IMG/VR virus record: IMGVR_UViG_3300009605_004544
Coordinates: 32,001 to 96,000 of that record
DNA length: 64,000 nt
Strand: one strand, 5' to 3'
Source of the DNA: a virus
The notes under the pieces are model-generated. The model was given only the letters and a program-made list of their open reading frames with translations. It searched no databases and had not been told where the DNA came from. Every line of letters starts with the position of its first letter. Position 1 is the stretch's first letter. Of the stretch, positions 28,445-37,632 are shown one piece after another. Made by a program: the position numbers and the translations under genes.

Positions 28445-29427
28445 TGCTTGTTAATAATGTTTTAAGATCGGTCTACCGAGCAAATAGCTCAGAAATGGGC
28501 CGATTAAATATTTTAACTATGTGCAGAAACACCGAAAAGTATATTTCGTTGCTGAGCGATTACACCCCACATACATTTTACATTCTGGAACAGCACCCAT
28601 GGAATGTTCTCATTGAGAAACCACGCCCAAACATATACCAGCATGGTTCTCATTCTCCACCTTTAGATTGTATCATATGCTATGACAGGGCAGAGCAATA
28701 TGAAGAAGCTCAAGGCGTTGCCCACCAATTACACATACCCATAATTCTTGTTGATATGTGTTCGCGGGAACTCGTGAGACCTCAACATATATTAGAAAAC
28801 TTAACGCCTGTAGACGCATCTGTACTGCACAGAAAACCAACCTTAATAGTGTGCAATGACGAGCACATACAAAGATCATGGAACCGGCCATTTACTGATC
28901 TGAACGCAGACATCAATCAATCGATTGTTATACCTGCTGGAATAAACACTGATAAGTTTAAGCCAAGACCCCAAACTGATCCATTAATTGCAATGGATAA
29001 CAACACCTCCCCTCAAGCAGGCGCAGAAGTTGCATCCCGCATCGGCACGCGATATCGGATAATTCCTACAGACCATGACAACTCAGAGGAAATAGCCGTA
29101 ACACATTCGCGATATTTTATAAACACTAAACGAAACATTACAGTAAAAACTTTAGAAGCCATGTCTGCTGGCAATGTAGTAATTTGCCAAAAAAACGCAG
29201 ATACTGAAAGCCTTATTGAGCACGGGAAAACAGGAATTCTGCTTAATAACTTAGAAGAACTTCTGCCAACTATAGACCGTTTAGAAAAGTCGGAAAGTGA
29301 TCGATTGCAAATAAGCAATTTTGCCAGACAAAAAATAATCCGAGAACACTCTGTTGAGGAGTTCTCTTTAAAATGGGCATCTGCTTTCTCTATGATCAAA
29401 TTAAGTTTTTACCTCCCCGCTACGTAG
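28441..29427 (+). CDS. Glycosyltransferase GT4-like
   Basis: IPAGINTDKFKP, LEAMSAGNVVI, IEHGKTGIL. Confidence 0.75.
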   Translation: MMLVNNVLRSVYRANSSEMGRLNILTMCRNTEKYISLLSDYTPHTFYILEQHPWNVLIEKPRPNIYQHGSHSPPLDCIICYDRAEQYEEAQGVAHQLHIPIILVDMCSRELVRPQHILENLTPVDASVLHRKPTLIVCNDEHIQRSWNRPFTDLNADINQSIVIPAGINTDKFKPRPQTDPLIAMDNNTSPQAGAEVASRIGTRYRIIPTDHDNSEEIAVTHSRYFINTKRNITVKTLEAMSAGNVVICQKNADTESLIEHGKTGILLNNLEELLPTIDRLEKSESDRLQISNFARQKIIREHSVEEFSLKWASAFSMIKLSFYLPAT

Positions 29428-29435
29428 GTACTCAT

Positions 29436-29831
29436 ATGAACATAAATCTAGTTACGGATCAAAACGCGAGATCCGTTGAAAACCATGAAAATCTCTTGAT
29501 CGCTGAAGTGGACAAGCTCCCTGACAGTTTGTGCAAAAGTGTGACCCTCAACAACACATTGAATTATTTAACAGACGAGCAATTTAGACAGCTACTAAAT
29601 AAAGTTCGTCACGGTGGAATTGTTTCCGTTAGTGCCCCAGATGTGATGGAAATTTCTACTGCATTATGTTGGGGTCAAATTGACGTACCCACATTTTCAT
29701 CACTCACTACCAATAGGGTGAGCCAATATAGTTTACTGCAAATAAAGAATGTCTTTGAACAGAGTGGCTACATTATTGAGAGCGCCTCTATTCATAATCT
29801 TTCTTTTTACATTAAGGCCCGACGACCATGA
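29436..29831 (+). CDS. Methyltransferase-fold-like protein (degenerate)
   Basis: LNYL...LLNKVRHGGIVSVSAPD resembles SAM-MTase core strands but lacks GxG. Confidence 0.4.
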   Translation: MNINLVTDQNARSVENHENLLIAEVDKLPDSLCKSVTLNNTLNYLTDEQFRQLLNKVRHGGIVSVSAPDVMEISTALCWGQIDVPTFSSLTTNRVSQYSLLQIKNVFEQSGYIIESASIHNLSFYIKARRP

Positions 29832-30676
29832 ATGAAAAACCAGAACAAAAAAAACAAGATGAGGTTAGGGTCAGTATTACATCTACAGCATGCGCAAACT
29901 GTATATTCGCTGAGCACGAGAAGAAGGTCCAAACAGGCTGCGCAGCAGGCCGTCTGGAGAAGTTTAGAAAAGCCAACGTTAATCTAGTACCGATAGCTAA
30001 CGAGGAAGACATTACCTCGTTTCTGATTGACGGTAAAAGCTGCGTTTATTACAGAAACGACGAATGGGCCAAGTCTTATTATAAAAGCTCATCAGCGGAT
30101 GCGATATTGAAATCTGTTAAAGCAGAGTTGAAAATCCCTTATCACGCTTTATTGTTTTTTAGGTCAGGCGACAGCTTAGACGATGTAAAGGCCAGACTGT
30201 CCGAATTGGAAAGTCAGGATGTCAAACCAAAGATCGTTACGTTAATAGATCGTTCGCATTCAACAGAAATCATGACGGGCGACCTTATGAAAATTTGCCA
30301 GACATACAGCTTTGCACACTGGCGAATTCAATCGATTCAGGCAGTTGACCAATTAGACAACGACGTTATAGACCTATCATATGACAATACAAAAAAAATA
30401 CAATACATGTTCTACATTGTGTTGGAATGTGGATATGAGATTCCTCAAAAAATGTCAAAAGATATTCACAAGTCTCTGCACGATGATATGAAATCTTTTG
30501 TTGTGCTATTGCCTAATTCTCAGAATGTCGGAAAGACGGCTCTAAAAGTGGCGCATGAGAAATACAGTGGCAACTCCTTTACAGTGCCTCTGGAGGACAA
30601 AATTGAACATTACGATGATGCCACCCATTTGATTAGAGGGGTTGAAGAGATATGCCCGAGTCTCCAAGCGTCTTAG
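29828..30676 (+). CDS. Hypothetical protein, Cys-rich N-terminus, possible GT-A remnant
   Basis: CANCIFA..QTGC; within the GT cluster. Confidence 0.5.
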   Translation: MNEKPEQKKQDEVRVSITSTACANCIFAEHEKKVQTGCAAGRLEKFRKANVNLVPIANEEDITSFLIDGKSCVYYRNDEWAKSYYKSSSADAILKSVKAELKIPYHALLFFRSGDSLDDVKARLSELESQDVKPKIVTLIDRSHSTEIMTGDLMKICQTYSFAHWRIQSIQAVDQLDNDVIDLSYDNTKKIQYMFYIVLECGYEIPQKMSKDIHKSLHDDMKSFVVLLPNSQNVGKTALKVAHEKYSGNSFTVPLEDKIEHYDDATHLIRGVEEICPSLQAS

Positions 30677-31158
30677 TTGCTGTAGGAAATGGCAATTCCC
30701 ATAAGCTCCCTAAGCAAGATTATCCAAACATATTTACTGAATACAACATAAGCTCATTAGGGGCGACCGCGAATGGCGATTTCTATAACCGTGTAGCTAG
30801 ACATCCGGCTATTGAGAATAAAACTGAATTTGATATATATGGATTTATGGAGGGGAACTGTCGATATACCGACAAAGACAGCGTACAGAAAATAGTCGAT
30901 TTTTTTCATAAGCATGAACGTATTGAGGTCGTTGTCTGCGACCTTATACGATCTACCAACAGCTTCAAGTCTCGTATATACGTGCAGCCTCAAGCAACAA
31001 ACAACATCCCGTTTTTTGTTAGAAAGTCCGTTATACACAAGATTGATTTTACAGAGGAAGATCTCATGTTGCAAAACCAACTAGAAAAGCTGCGAAAAGA
31101 GCATACAATCTTCCATATTGCATCTCCTCTAATATCGATACTAGAAAAAGAAACTTAA
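30652..31158 (+). CDS. GT2-like (GT-A) degenerate protein
   Basis: FDIYGFME...VVVCD..PFFVRKSV..F.EE pattern reminiscent of GT2. Confidence 0.4.
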   Translation: MPESPSVLVAVGNGNSHKLPKQDYPNIFTEYNISSLGATANGDFYNRVARHPAIENKTEFDIYGFMEGNCRYTDKDSVQKIVDFFHKHERIEVVVCDLIRSTNSFKSRIYVQPQATNNIPFFVRKSVIHKIDFTEEDLMLQNQLEKLRKEHTIFHIASPLISILEKET

Positions 31159-31847
31159 TGTCGAATAATAAAGAACGGCTTAGCATCATCATTCCAGCAG
31201 CGGGAATTGGCCGCAGGATGAAATCTTACGGGCCGAAGCCCTTGATAAAAATAGGCAACTCTACAATAATTAAAAATCAAATCAATTTACTACAAACATA
31301 TCTGCCCAATCCAAATATTATTTTAGTATGCGGTTTCAAAGCTGATAAGTTAATGGACGAGTCCCCTTCTTATATTCTAAAGGTAGAAAATGAATTTTAT
31401 GAACACACTAATGTGGTTCGTAGTATCGGGATGGGGTTGAGGGTCGCAGGAGACGCCTCAAAGGTTTTAATTGTATACGGAGACTTGGTCTTTAATTCTG
31501 CGACCGTTAAGCATTTGCCAATGGAGAAATCCTGCATTGTCGTCACGGATCAAAATATGGGGGAAGAGGAGGTTGGATGCATCATCGATGATGAAAATAT
31601 TCTTGCCAACATGATGTATGACCTGCCCAATAAATGGGGACAAATATCATTATTCGTAGGCAAGGAACTTGAGCTACTGAAACGGCTATGCTGGAACGAA
31701 AAAAATAGCACCAAATTCGGTTTTGAAATCATCAATCAGATAATAAACAGGGGAGGCGTTTTCAAGTGCGTATACAATAGCGCAATCAAAATAGTAGATA
31801 TAGATAGCTCTAAAGACATCCAAAAGGCGAAAGAGATTTTATTATGA
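31158..31847 (+). CDS. NTP transferase (LicC-like/sugar-phosphate nucleotidyltransferase)
   Basis: IIIPAAGIGRRMKSYGPKPLI, VYGDLVF, DIDSSKD. Confidence 0.85.
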   Translation: MSNNKERLSIIIPAAGIGRRMKSYGPKPLIKIGNSTIIKNQINLLQTYLPNPNIILVCGFKADKLMDESPSYILKVENEFYEHTNVVRSIGMGLRVAGDASKVLIVYGDLVFNSATVKHLPMEKSCIVVTDQNMGEEEVGCIIDDENILANMMYDLPNKWGQISLFVGKELELLKRLCWNEKNSTKFGFEIINQIINRGGVFKCVYNSAIKIVDIDSSKDIQKAKEILL

Positions 31848-32716
31848 AGGTCGTCATACCGCAATTACAGTTGCAGGTTTTTCAGGACATTGCTCAGTGT
31901 CTAGAAAGTGTCAGAGAAACTGCTGGTGTAGACTCGATATTTTGGGACACATCTCGGAAGCCTATTATTGACATGTTTGACGAATTGAGGCCAGAGATCG
32001 TTCTGTTGCACGAGGCTCAATTAGACGATGCCTTCTCGGTAGTAATTCAAGAATTCGATTTTAAGTATGTTTTGGTAGCAGAAAAGCATCCTCCCCAATT
32101 AAGTAAGCCCCCAGAAGCCCTCATCACAAGCGCACCCTTCCTCCAGAACTTCCCTCAGTCTTATAGAAATCTTATGGAGGCCAAGCATCTAGCTCGATTG
32201 GCACAAATTCATGGAGGGGGTTATAATGACAATATGAAGTCTGAAGTTTTAGTGGACACAACTGGCGTAGGGATAAGCGAGAATATATATGACGTATTAT
32301 CGTTTTTAACTTCTAACTATAAAACCAAGATAATCGGAAATAGTCCAGTCAAACTGCATCACTACCTCGGGGCAGTTAACATTTTCGAGAGGGCCGATTT
32401 TATTAAATCAACACAGATCATGGTTGACTTTAACGGCTCTGGAGTTTGGGACGCTTCCTATTTGAAAATCCCTTCCGTAACAGCTAATAACACCACCCCT
32501 CACATACTACCATTTGATAGTATAGAAATGTTAAAAAATAACATAGACTCGATTCTGAATAATAAACTGGTACGCAATAAATACATTGACCTCTGTTATC
32601 AAGAATTGCTTAAGGGGAACACGTACCACCACTTTACCTCGCAGCTTTTCAAAAATATCAAAGAGCCAGACATAGCAAATTGTCTAACGGCGTATGTGGG
32701 AGAACTGTTGCAATGA
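31844..32716 (+). CDS. Hypothetical protein, possible GT-B/CgeB-like
   Basis: DMFDELRPEIV, TKIIG..HYLG, C-terminal NTYHH helix resembling CgeB-type GT ends. Confidence 0.45.
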   Translation: MKVVIPQLQLQVFQDIAQCLESVRETAGVDSIFWDTSRKPIIDMFDELRPEIVLLHEAQLDDAFSVVIQEFDFKYVLVAEKHPPQLSKPPEALITSAPFLQNFPQSYRNLMEAKHLARLAQIHGGGYNDNMKSEVLVDTTGVGISENIYDVLSFLTSNYKTKIIGNSPVKLHHYLGAVNIFERADFIKSTQIMVDFNGSGVWDASYLKIPSVTANNTTPHILPFDSIEMLKNNIDSILNNKLVRNKYIDLCYQELLKGNTYHHFTSQLFKNIKEPDIANCLTAYVGELLQ

Positions 32717-33171
32717 TAGGGATACTTAAAGGCCCCGTAGATAACAAAGACAAGGACTTCTTTGCTCTTTATAACTTAAACAGGTTGTCAAAAACAAAGC
32801 ATGGCGCGTGTCTTTTCTGTGACCACATTTCAGACAACTTTGCGCTACCTGCTGAAACTAATGTTTTGCAAAGAACCCACGTATTCAACTTTAACGGGAT
32901 CGTCATCACTGACGACTTAATGTATGCACAAGATCTCTTGTATATAACCTATGCTAAAAAGAGATTTATATACCTGTACCATTTGGATTGGCCCTATATC
33001 CAAGAATTAAAATTTGCACATCTTAATAGAATTCTTCTTCACGAGAATATAGAGTTAATTGCTCGTAGCGAGGAACATTTTCAATTGATAGAGCATCTTT
33101 TTAAAAAACCACGATACATAATGGCTGAATGGGATTATCATACACTAATAGAGATAGACGAAAATGAATAA
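32713..33171 (+). CDS. Hypothetical protein (GT N-terminal half-like)
   Basis: KRFIYLYHLDW, LIARSEEH; ATGA-coupled in the GT cluster. Confidence 0.5.
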   Translation: MIGILKGPVDNKDKDFFALYNLNRLSKTKHGACLFCDHISDNFALPAETNVLQRTHVFNFNGIVITDDLMYAQDLLYITYAKKRFIYLYHLDWPYIQELKFAHLNRILLHENIELIARSEEHFQLIEHLFKKPRYIMAEWDYHTLIEIDENE

Positions 33172-33928
33172 GCAAGAAAAGTTAATACTGGACCTGTACA
33201 ATAATCAATGTTGGAGCACATATCAAATCGCAGAAAAGCTAGATACTTATCCCAACAAGATTAGAAGGTTCCTTAAAAAGAACGGCATCGAACTACGCAC
33301 TTCTAGCGATGCGCAAAAGAATGCGCTCGGAAGCGGACGTGCAGAACACCCAACTAAAGGAACCTACAGGTCAGAAGAAACCAAGCAGAGAATCAGCGAT
33401 TCGCAAGGAGCCGTATGGGACGCCTTGACAGACGAAGAAAAAGAGCACCGCTCTCAAATCGGAAGAGAGGCGTGGGAGCAAAAAAGCGACGAAGAAAAAG
33501 CCCTTTTGATTGCCGAAGCTCAAAACGCTGTAAGAAAAAGCAGCAAAGAAGGGTCAAAGCTGGAACATTTCCTTTTGTCTGAGCTTACCAAAAGGAATCT
33601 GAGGGTAGAATTCCATAAGGATCATTGGCTTCAAAACCAAAAACTCCAAGTTGATTTGTATTTGCCTGATCACAGGGCGGTCATAGAAGTTGACGGCCCT
33701 TCACACTTCAAGCCTGTGTGGGGTCAAGAGAATTTGGAAAAGAATATTAAGGCAGACCAGCAAAAAACTGGCCTCGTACTTGGTGCCGGATTAATGATGA
33801 TCAGAATTAGACAAGACAAGTCCCTAACCCAAAGGTATATGAGAAACACCTTATCGAAACTATTAGGACTGCTGGAAAAAGTTAAGGAACATTACCCCGA
33901 GGAAAATAAGAGGTACTTTGAGATATGA
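33164..33928 (+). CDS. HTH/NUMOD3-like + DUF559/Vsr-like endonuclease (free-standing homing endonuclease-like)
   Basis: STYQIAEKL HTH; RSEETKQRISDS NUMOD3-like; VDLYL..VIEVDGPSHF. Confidence 0.7.
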   Translation: MNKQEKLILDLYNNQCWSTYQIAEKLDTYPNKIRRFLKKNGIELRTSSDAQKNALGSGRAEHPTKGTYRSEETKQRISDSQGAVWDALTDEEKEHRSQIGREAWEQKSDEEKALLIAEAQNAVRKSSKEGSKLEHFLLSELTKRNLRVEFHKDHWLQNQKLQVDLYLPDHRAVIEVDGPSHFKPVWGQENLEKNIKADQQKTGLVLGAGLMMIRIRQDKSLTQRYMRNTLSKLLGLLEKVKEHYPEENKRYFEI

Positions 33929-34686
33929 ACAAAATCGCAGAAACAGAATTCGAAGAAATGGTGCAGCCCATATCTGCCGAAGAAACTGCCATTGATCACA
34001 TTATTGCCGATGATCTTAAGGGGGCACCAGCAGACTACGAACCGGAATGGTCAGAATATCTATTAGATCAACTATCTGACCATGAACTTATTAATGGGGC
34101 ACCGACTGTAGACGGCCTACGCCGTATTGCTGAAAAATGTTTTGGGGAAATCGTTGATTCTCGTAGCCGGATTGTGGAAACTCCTTGTGCAGACAACGGG
34201 ATGAGATGCACAGTATGCCATACCTTGCGTATTATCAAGTACCGAAACGGTCAACAAGTTCAAGTAGATGGGTGTGTTGATGTAGTTTATCATAAGACGC
34301 CTTATCCATTCAAGGACCACCTAGTCGCTACTGCCGACACAAGAGCCGAGGGAAAGGCTCTTAGGAGAGCCTTAAAGATCAGAGTAATAACCGCAGAAGA
34401 GCTTCAGCATGAGGATGAAGAGGAAGCTCTGTCTTCTGATGAGGCGGTTAATGATCAGCAAATTCTTGCCATTAACCAGCTTTGTAAGAGACTAAACATG
34501 TCTGTTGTTGCTATTGCCAAGGACCAATACAATACGATAAAAAGCATTAACGACTTAAGGAATTTGGAGGCGAGATTACTGATCAGCAAGCTGTCAGAGC
34601 TACAAAGAAATCCCGATGATGTGCCAGAATCGTACATCGGTTATGATGAAAATTGGAAAAGTGATTTTTATGGGAGTAAAAAATGA
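33925..34686 (+). CDS. Rad52/Sak-like single-strand annealing protein
   Basis: DGLRRIA..FG, ATADTRAEGKALRRAL, C-terminal QQI.AI..L...EARLLISKL. Confidence 0.5.
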   Translation: MNKIAETEFEEMVQPISAEETAIDHIIADDLKGAPADYEPEWSEYLLDQLSDHELINGAPTVDGLRRIAEKCFGEIVDSRSRIVETPCADNGMRCTVCHTLRIIKYRNGQQVQVDGCVDVVYHKTPYPFKDHLVATADTRAEGKALRRALKIRVITAEELQHEDEEEALSSDEAVNDQQILAINQLCKRLNMSVVAIAKDQYNTIKSINDLRNLEARLLISKLSELQRNPDDVPESYIGYDENWKSDFYGSKK

Positions 34687-35072
34687 AAGCCAGAATCAAA
34701 GCAACCGACAGCCTCTGGTTTGATGTAGAGGCGGAACAAGAAGATGAAGTTTTTAAGCAAATCGCGAGAGTGCAGGAAATATTTCAGCATAAGGGATGTG
34801 GTCATTGCGAATCACCAAACGTCAAGTTTGTCTGCCGGTTTGATAGCTCGGGTAATGACTGGTTAGAAATTACTTGTCAAGAATGCCGTGCTAAGCTCAT
34901 CTTTGGGCGTACAAAAAAGGGAGGTCTGGTCTTTCCTAAAATTAGATGGGATCAGCTTTCTGAAAAACAACAGGAGCAGCGTATTAATGAAAAGTCGCAT
35001 GCTGATAAAAATAGAGGGTATCTTCCCGATAGAGGGTGGTTTATTTACAAGCCAATCGTAAGAAATAATTAG
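34683..35072 (+). CDS. Zn-ribbon hypothetical protein
   Basis: CGHC...CQEC. Confidence 0.6.
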   Translation: MKARIKATDSLWFDVEAEQEDEVFKQIARVQEIFQHKGCGHCESPNVKFVCRFDSSGNDWLEITCQECRAKLIFGRTKKGGLVFPKIRWDQLSEKQQEQRINEKSHADKNRGYLPDRGWFIYKPIVRNN

Positions 35073-35083
35073 GAGGAATTGCC

Positions 35084-35269
35084 ATGCCTACGAGTAATGA
35101 TGAAGCTAAAAGGATTTGCGACATTATTAACGACTTCTTAAGCGACGAAGAAGCCGTCGCTATAACTCGAAGACTAGATGAAGAAGTGGGGGTGCATACC
35201 GACAATGACTCCTTAAAGGTAAGTCTTAGAATGCTCAGGAATCTATACGAGCGAGGAGAGAGCGAATGA
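35084..35269 (+). CDS. Small helical protein, paralogue of the N-terminus of 19829..20395
   Basis: AGGAGG RBS; 17/50 gapless identities with the 19829 gene. Confidence 0.7.
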   Translation: MPTSNDEAKRICDIINDFLSDEEAVAITRRLDEEVGVHTDNDSLKVSLRMLRNLYERGESE

Positions 35270-35820
35270 GGCTGGACCACATAGCTTACCGAGTAGGCAA
35301 TCGGCATAAGACCGCAAAACTTTTTAAGCGAATGTTTGGCTATGAAATTGGAATCGAATTTTGTATCGATTTTGATGATGGCTCCAAAGCCGAATGTATC
35401 GCAATGACTCCTATCGAAAAAGATAATCCCATATCAAAATTCATTGGCATCCCTTGGGTGACCAAATCGTATGGAATATCGAAGCCCGTAGAACATCACC
35501 TTGCTCCCGAAATTTTTATTAGTGATGGCGCACCCGGATCTATTGTAGGAGATTGGGTGAAATTACATAACGGAGGAGGCATTCATCATATGGCATATAT
35601 GACGAGCCATATACACGACGAGGTCTCAAAATGGAAGAAGCTGGGGATAGAGTTTTTATCAAACGACATAATTGACTGCCCGGAAGATGACCTGCGACAA
35701 ATTTTCACTAAGCCACTACCTGAATTGGGCGGTATTATTGTCGAACTAATCGAAAGAGGGGATAAGGGGTTTTGTCAAAACTCAGTTAAGCACTTAATGA
35801 ACAGCACCAAGGGGTTGTAA
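35266..35820 (+). CDS. VOC-superfamily metalloenzyme (HPPD C-domain/HglS-like)
   Basis: LDHIAYR (His), GGIHHMAY (His), QIFTKP..VELIERG..GF (Glu): 2-His-1-Glu triad. Confidence 0.75.
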   Translation: MRLDHIAYRVGNRHKTAKLFKRMFGYEIGIEFCIDFDDGSKAECIAMTPIEKDNPISKFIGIPWVTKSYGISKPVEHHLAPEIFISDGAPGSIVGDWVKLHNGGGIHHMAYMTSHIHDEVSKWKKLGIEFLSNDIIDCPEDDLRQIFTKPLPELGGIIVELIERGDKGFCQNSVKHLMNSTKGL

Positions 35821-35822
35821 AA

Positions 35823-37322
35823 ATGTGGAAAGCTCAAAACTATATCAATGGTAATTTTGTAAGTAGCGGGTCAGACTCATTCTTTGATAATGTAGATCCT
35901 TGCACGGGAGCTTCTCTCGGCCAGTTTTTCAATTCAAGAGTAGAGGAAGTTGAAGAAGCTTATACCGCTGCCAGAAATGCATTCTCTGAATGGCGAGCTA
36001 CAAGCCGCGTTCAACGCGCCGAATATTTATACAAGGTCGCCAAGCTTATAGAAGAAAGGCGGGAAGAATTAGCATACGTAATATCTGTAGAAACAGGTAA
36101 GAACTACAATGAGTCCATTGCTGAAGTAAACGAGGCCTTACATATGGCTCAGTATGCTTTTGGCTCTGGAAGAACCCCACAAGGAGAAGCCGTTGCGTCC
36201 GAAATTTCTGAAAAAGACGCCTATGTTCTACGAAAGCCCAAGGGTGTTGTTGCCGTCGTTAGCCCTTGGAATTTTCCTCTTGCCATTGGTGCTTTTTGGT
36301 GCGTTGCTCCTGCAATCGTGGAAGGCAATACGGTCATTCTAAAACCAAGTGAGGACGCCCCTTATACCTCCCAAATGGCAATGGAACTGTATCATGAGGC
36401 TGGCATTCCCCCCGGAGTGATTAACCTTGTACACGGAGATGGGCTTATAGGAGACTGCTTAGTTAGAAAAGATGTCGACCACATTTGCTTTACTGGCAGC
36501 GCAGAGGTTGGGCAGCACATTCGAAAAATATGTGCAGATAGCTGGCATAAAACGTGCTCCTGTGAACTTGGAAGCAAGTCTGCTGTCGTAGTTTTTGAGG
36601 ACGCTAATTTTGATCTAGCTGTATACTCCTCAGTAGCTAGCGCATTCAAGCTTTCTGGGCAAAGATGCGTGTCCTCTGGTAGAATAATCGTACAGCGAAC
36701 AATCTACGATAAGTTCTGCGAGGCTTTCGTAGAAAGGGCCTCCACTGTCAAAGCAGGCGCGCCTTTCGTGGACAACGGGTACGTGGTTGGTGGAAAGGTC
36801 AAGCCAAGTTCCGCATACATGGGGCCTTTGATCAATGCTCAGCAACTAGAAACCGTTACAAGATTTAATGATATGGTGGCTGATGATCAAGATGCCGAGG
36901 TGCTACTTGAGCCTTCATATCAATCTCCCGGCTACTACGTCAGCCCCCTTGTATATAAAACCGAGTGGAGAAATGTCCCGTACTTAAAGAGCGAGGTGTT
37001 TGGACCCCATGTTGCACTCATACCCTTTGACACAATTGATGATGCTGTTAGGATCTATAATGATACTGACTATGGCTTGGCTGTTGGCGTGGTTACTGAA
37101 GATTTCAAAAAAGCTAGAATTTGTCGTGATAGGTGTGATTATGGGATGTGCTATTGGAATGGTGGCTCTATCGCTGCTGAGTCTCATGTACCCTTCGGAG
37201 GAGTTAAGAAGTCAGGAAACGGATATCCATCAGCATCCCGAACCTTCCGTGCCGTTACTCACGAAGTAACATGGACAATTAATCATGACGACAATCTAGC
37301 CTTTCCACAAGGAATGGAATAA
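35823..37322 (+). CDS. NAD-dependent aldehyde dehydrogenase
   Basis: SPWNFP, LKPSE, FTGS, ELGSK (Glu), GQRC (Cys), EVFGP, PFGGVKKSG. Confidence 0.95.
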   Translation: MWKAQNYINGNFVSSGSDSFFDNVDPCTGASLGQFFNSRVEEVEEAYTAARNAFSEWRATSRVQRAEYLYKVAKLIEERREELAYVISVETGKNYNESIAEVNEALHMAQYAFGSGRTPQGEAVASEISEKDAYVLRKPKGVVAVVSPWNFPLAIGAFWCVAPAIVEGNTVILKPSEDAPYTSQMAMELYHEAGIPPGVINLVHGDGLIGDCLVRKDVDHICFTGSAEVGQHIRKICADSWHKTCSCELGSKSAVVVFEDANFDLAVYSSVASAFKLSGQRCVSSGRIIVQRTIYDKFCEAFVERASTVKAGAPFVDNGYVVGGKVKPSSAYMGPLINAQQLETVTRFNDMVADDQDAEVLLEPSYQSPGYYVSPLVYKTEWRNVPYLKSEVFGPHVALIPFDTIDDAVRIYNDTDYGLAVGVVTEDFKKARICRDRCDYGMCYWNGGSIAAESHVPFGGVKKSGNGYPSASRTFRAVTHEVTWTINHDDNLAFPQGME

Positions 37323-37588
37323 TGTTCTCAAACGCGTTCGAGATTTTTCTAAACATGCTGGCCTATTCGTTTTGGCCCTTTGCATTTTCCTTGATAGCGA
37401 TCTACGTCTTCAATACGTACCTCAACGACTCTTATAAGAGAAAAGTTAAAAAGGAAAAGAGGGTACGCTCTACGGACCCGGAAGTTCACGATCTGGCAGA
37501 AAAGGCGCTGAACTTCAAGGCTCCCAAGATAGAGACCTCTTTTGGGGATGAGAGAATAGGTGAAGTCCATGCGAGTGAAAAGGATTAG
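37322..37588 (+). CDS. Small single-pass membrane protein
   Basis: Hydrophobic N-terminal ~33 aa followed by basic KRKVKKEKR. Confidence 0.6.
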   Translation: MFSNAFEIFLNMLAYSFWPFAFSLIAIYVFNTYLNDSYKRKVKKEKRVRSTDPEVHDLAEKALNFKAPKIETSFGDERIGEVHASEKD

Positions 37589-37632
37589 AGAGTTAACAGG
37601 ACTCCAACTAGAATAACAAGAGGTAATTGAAA

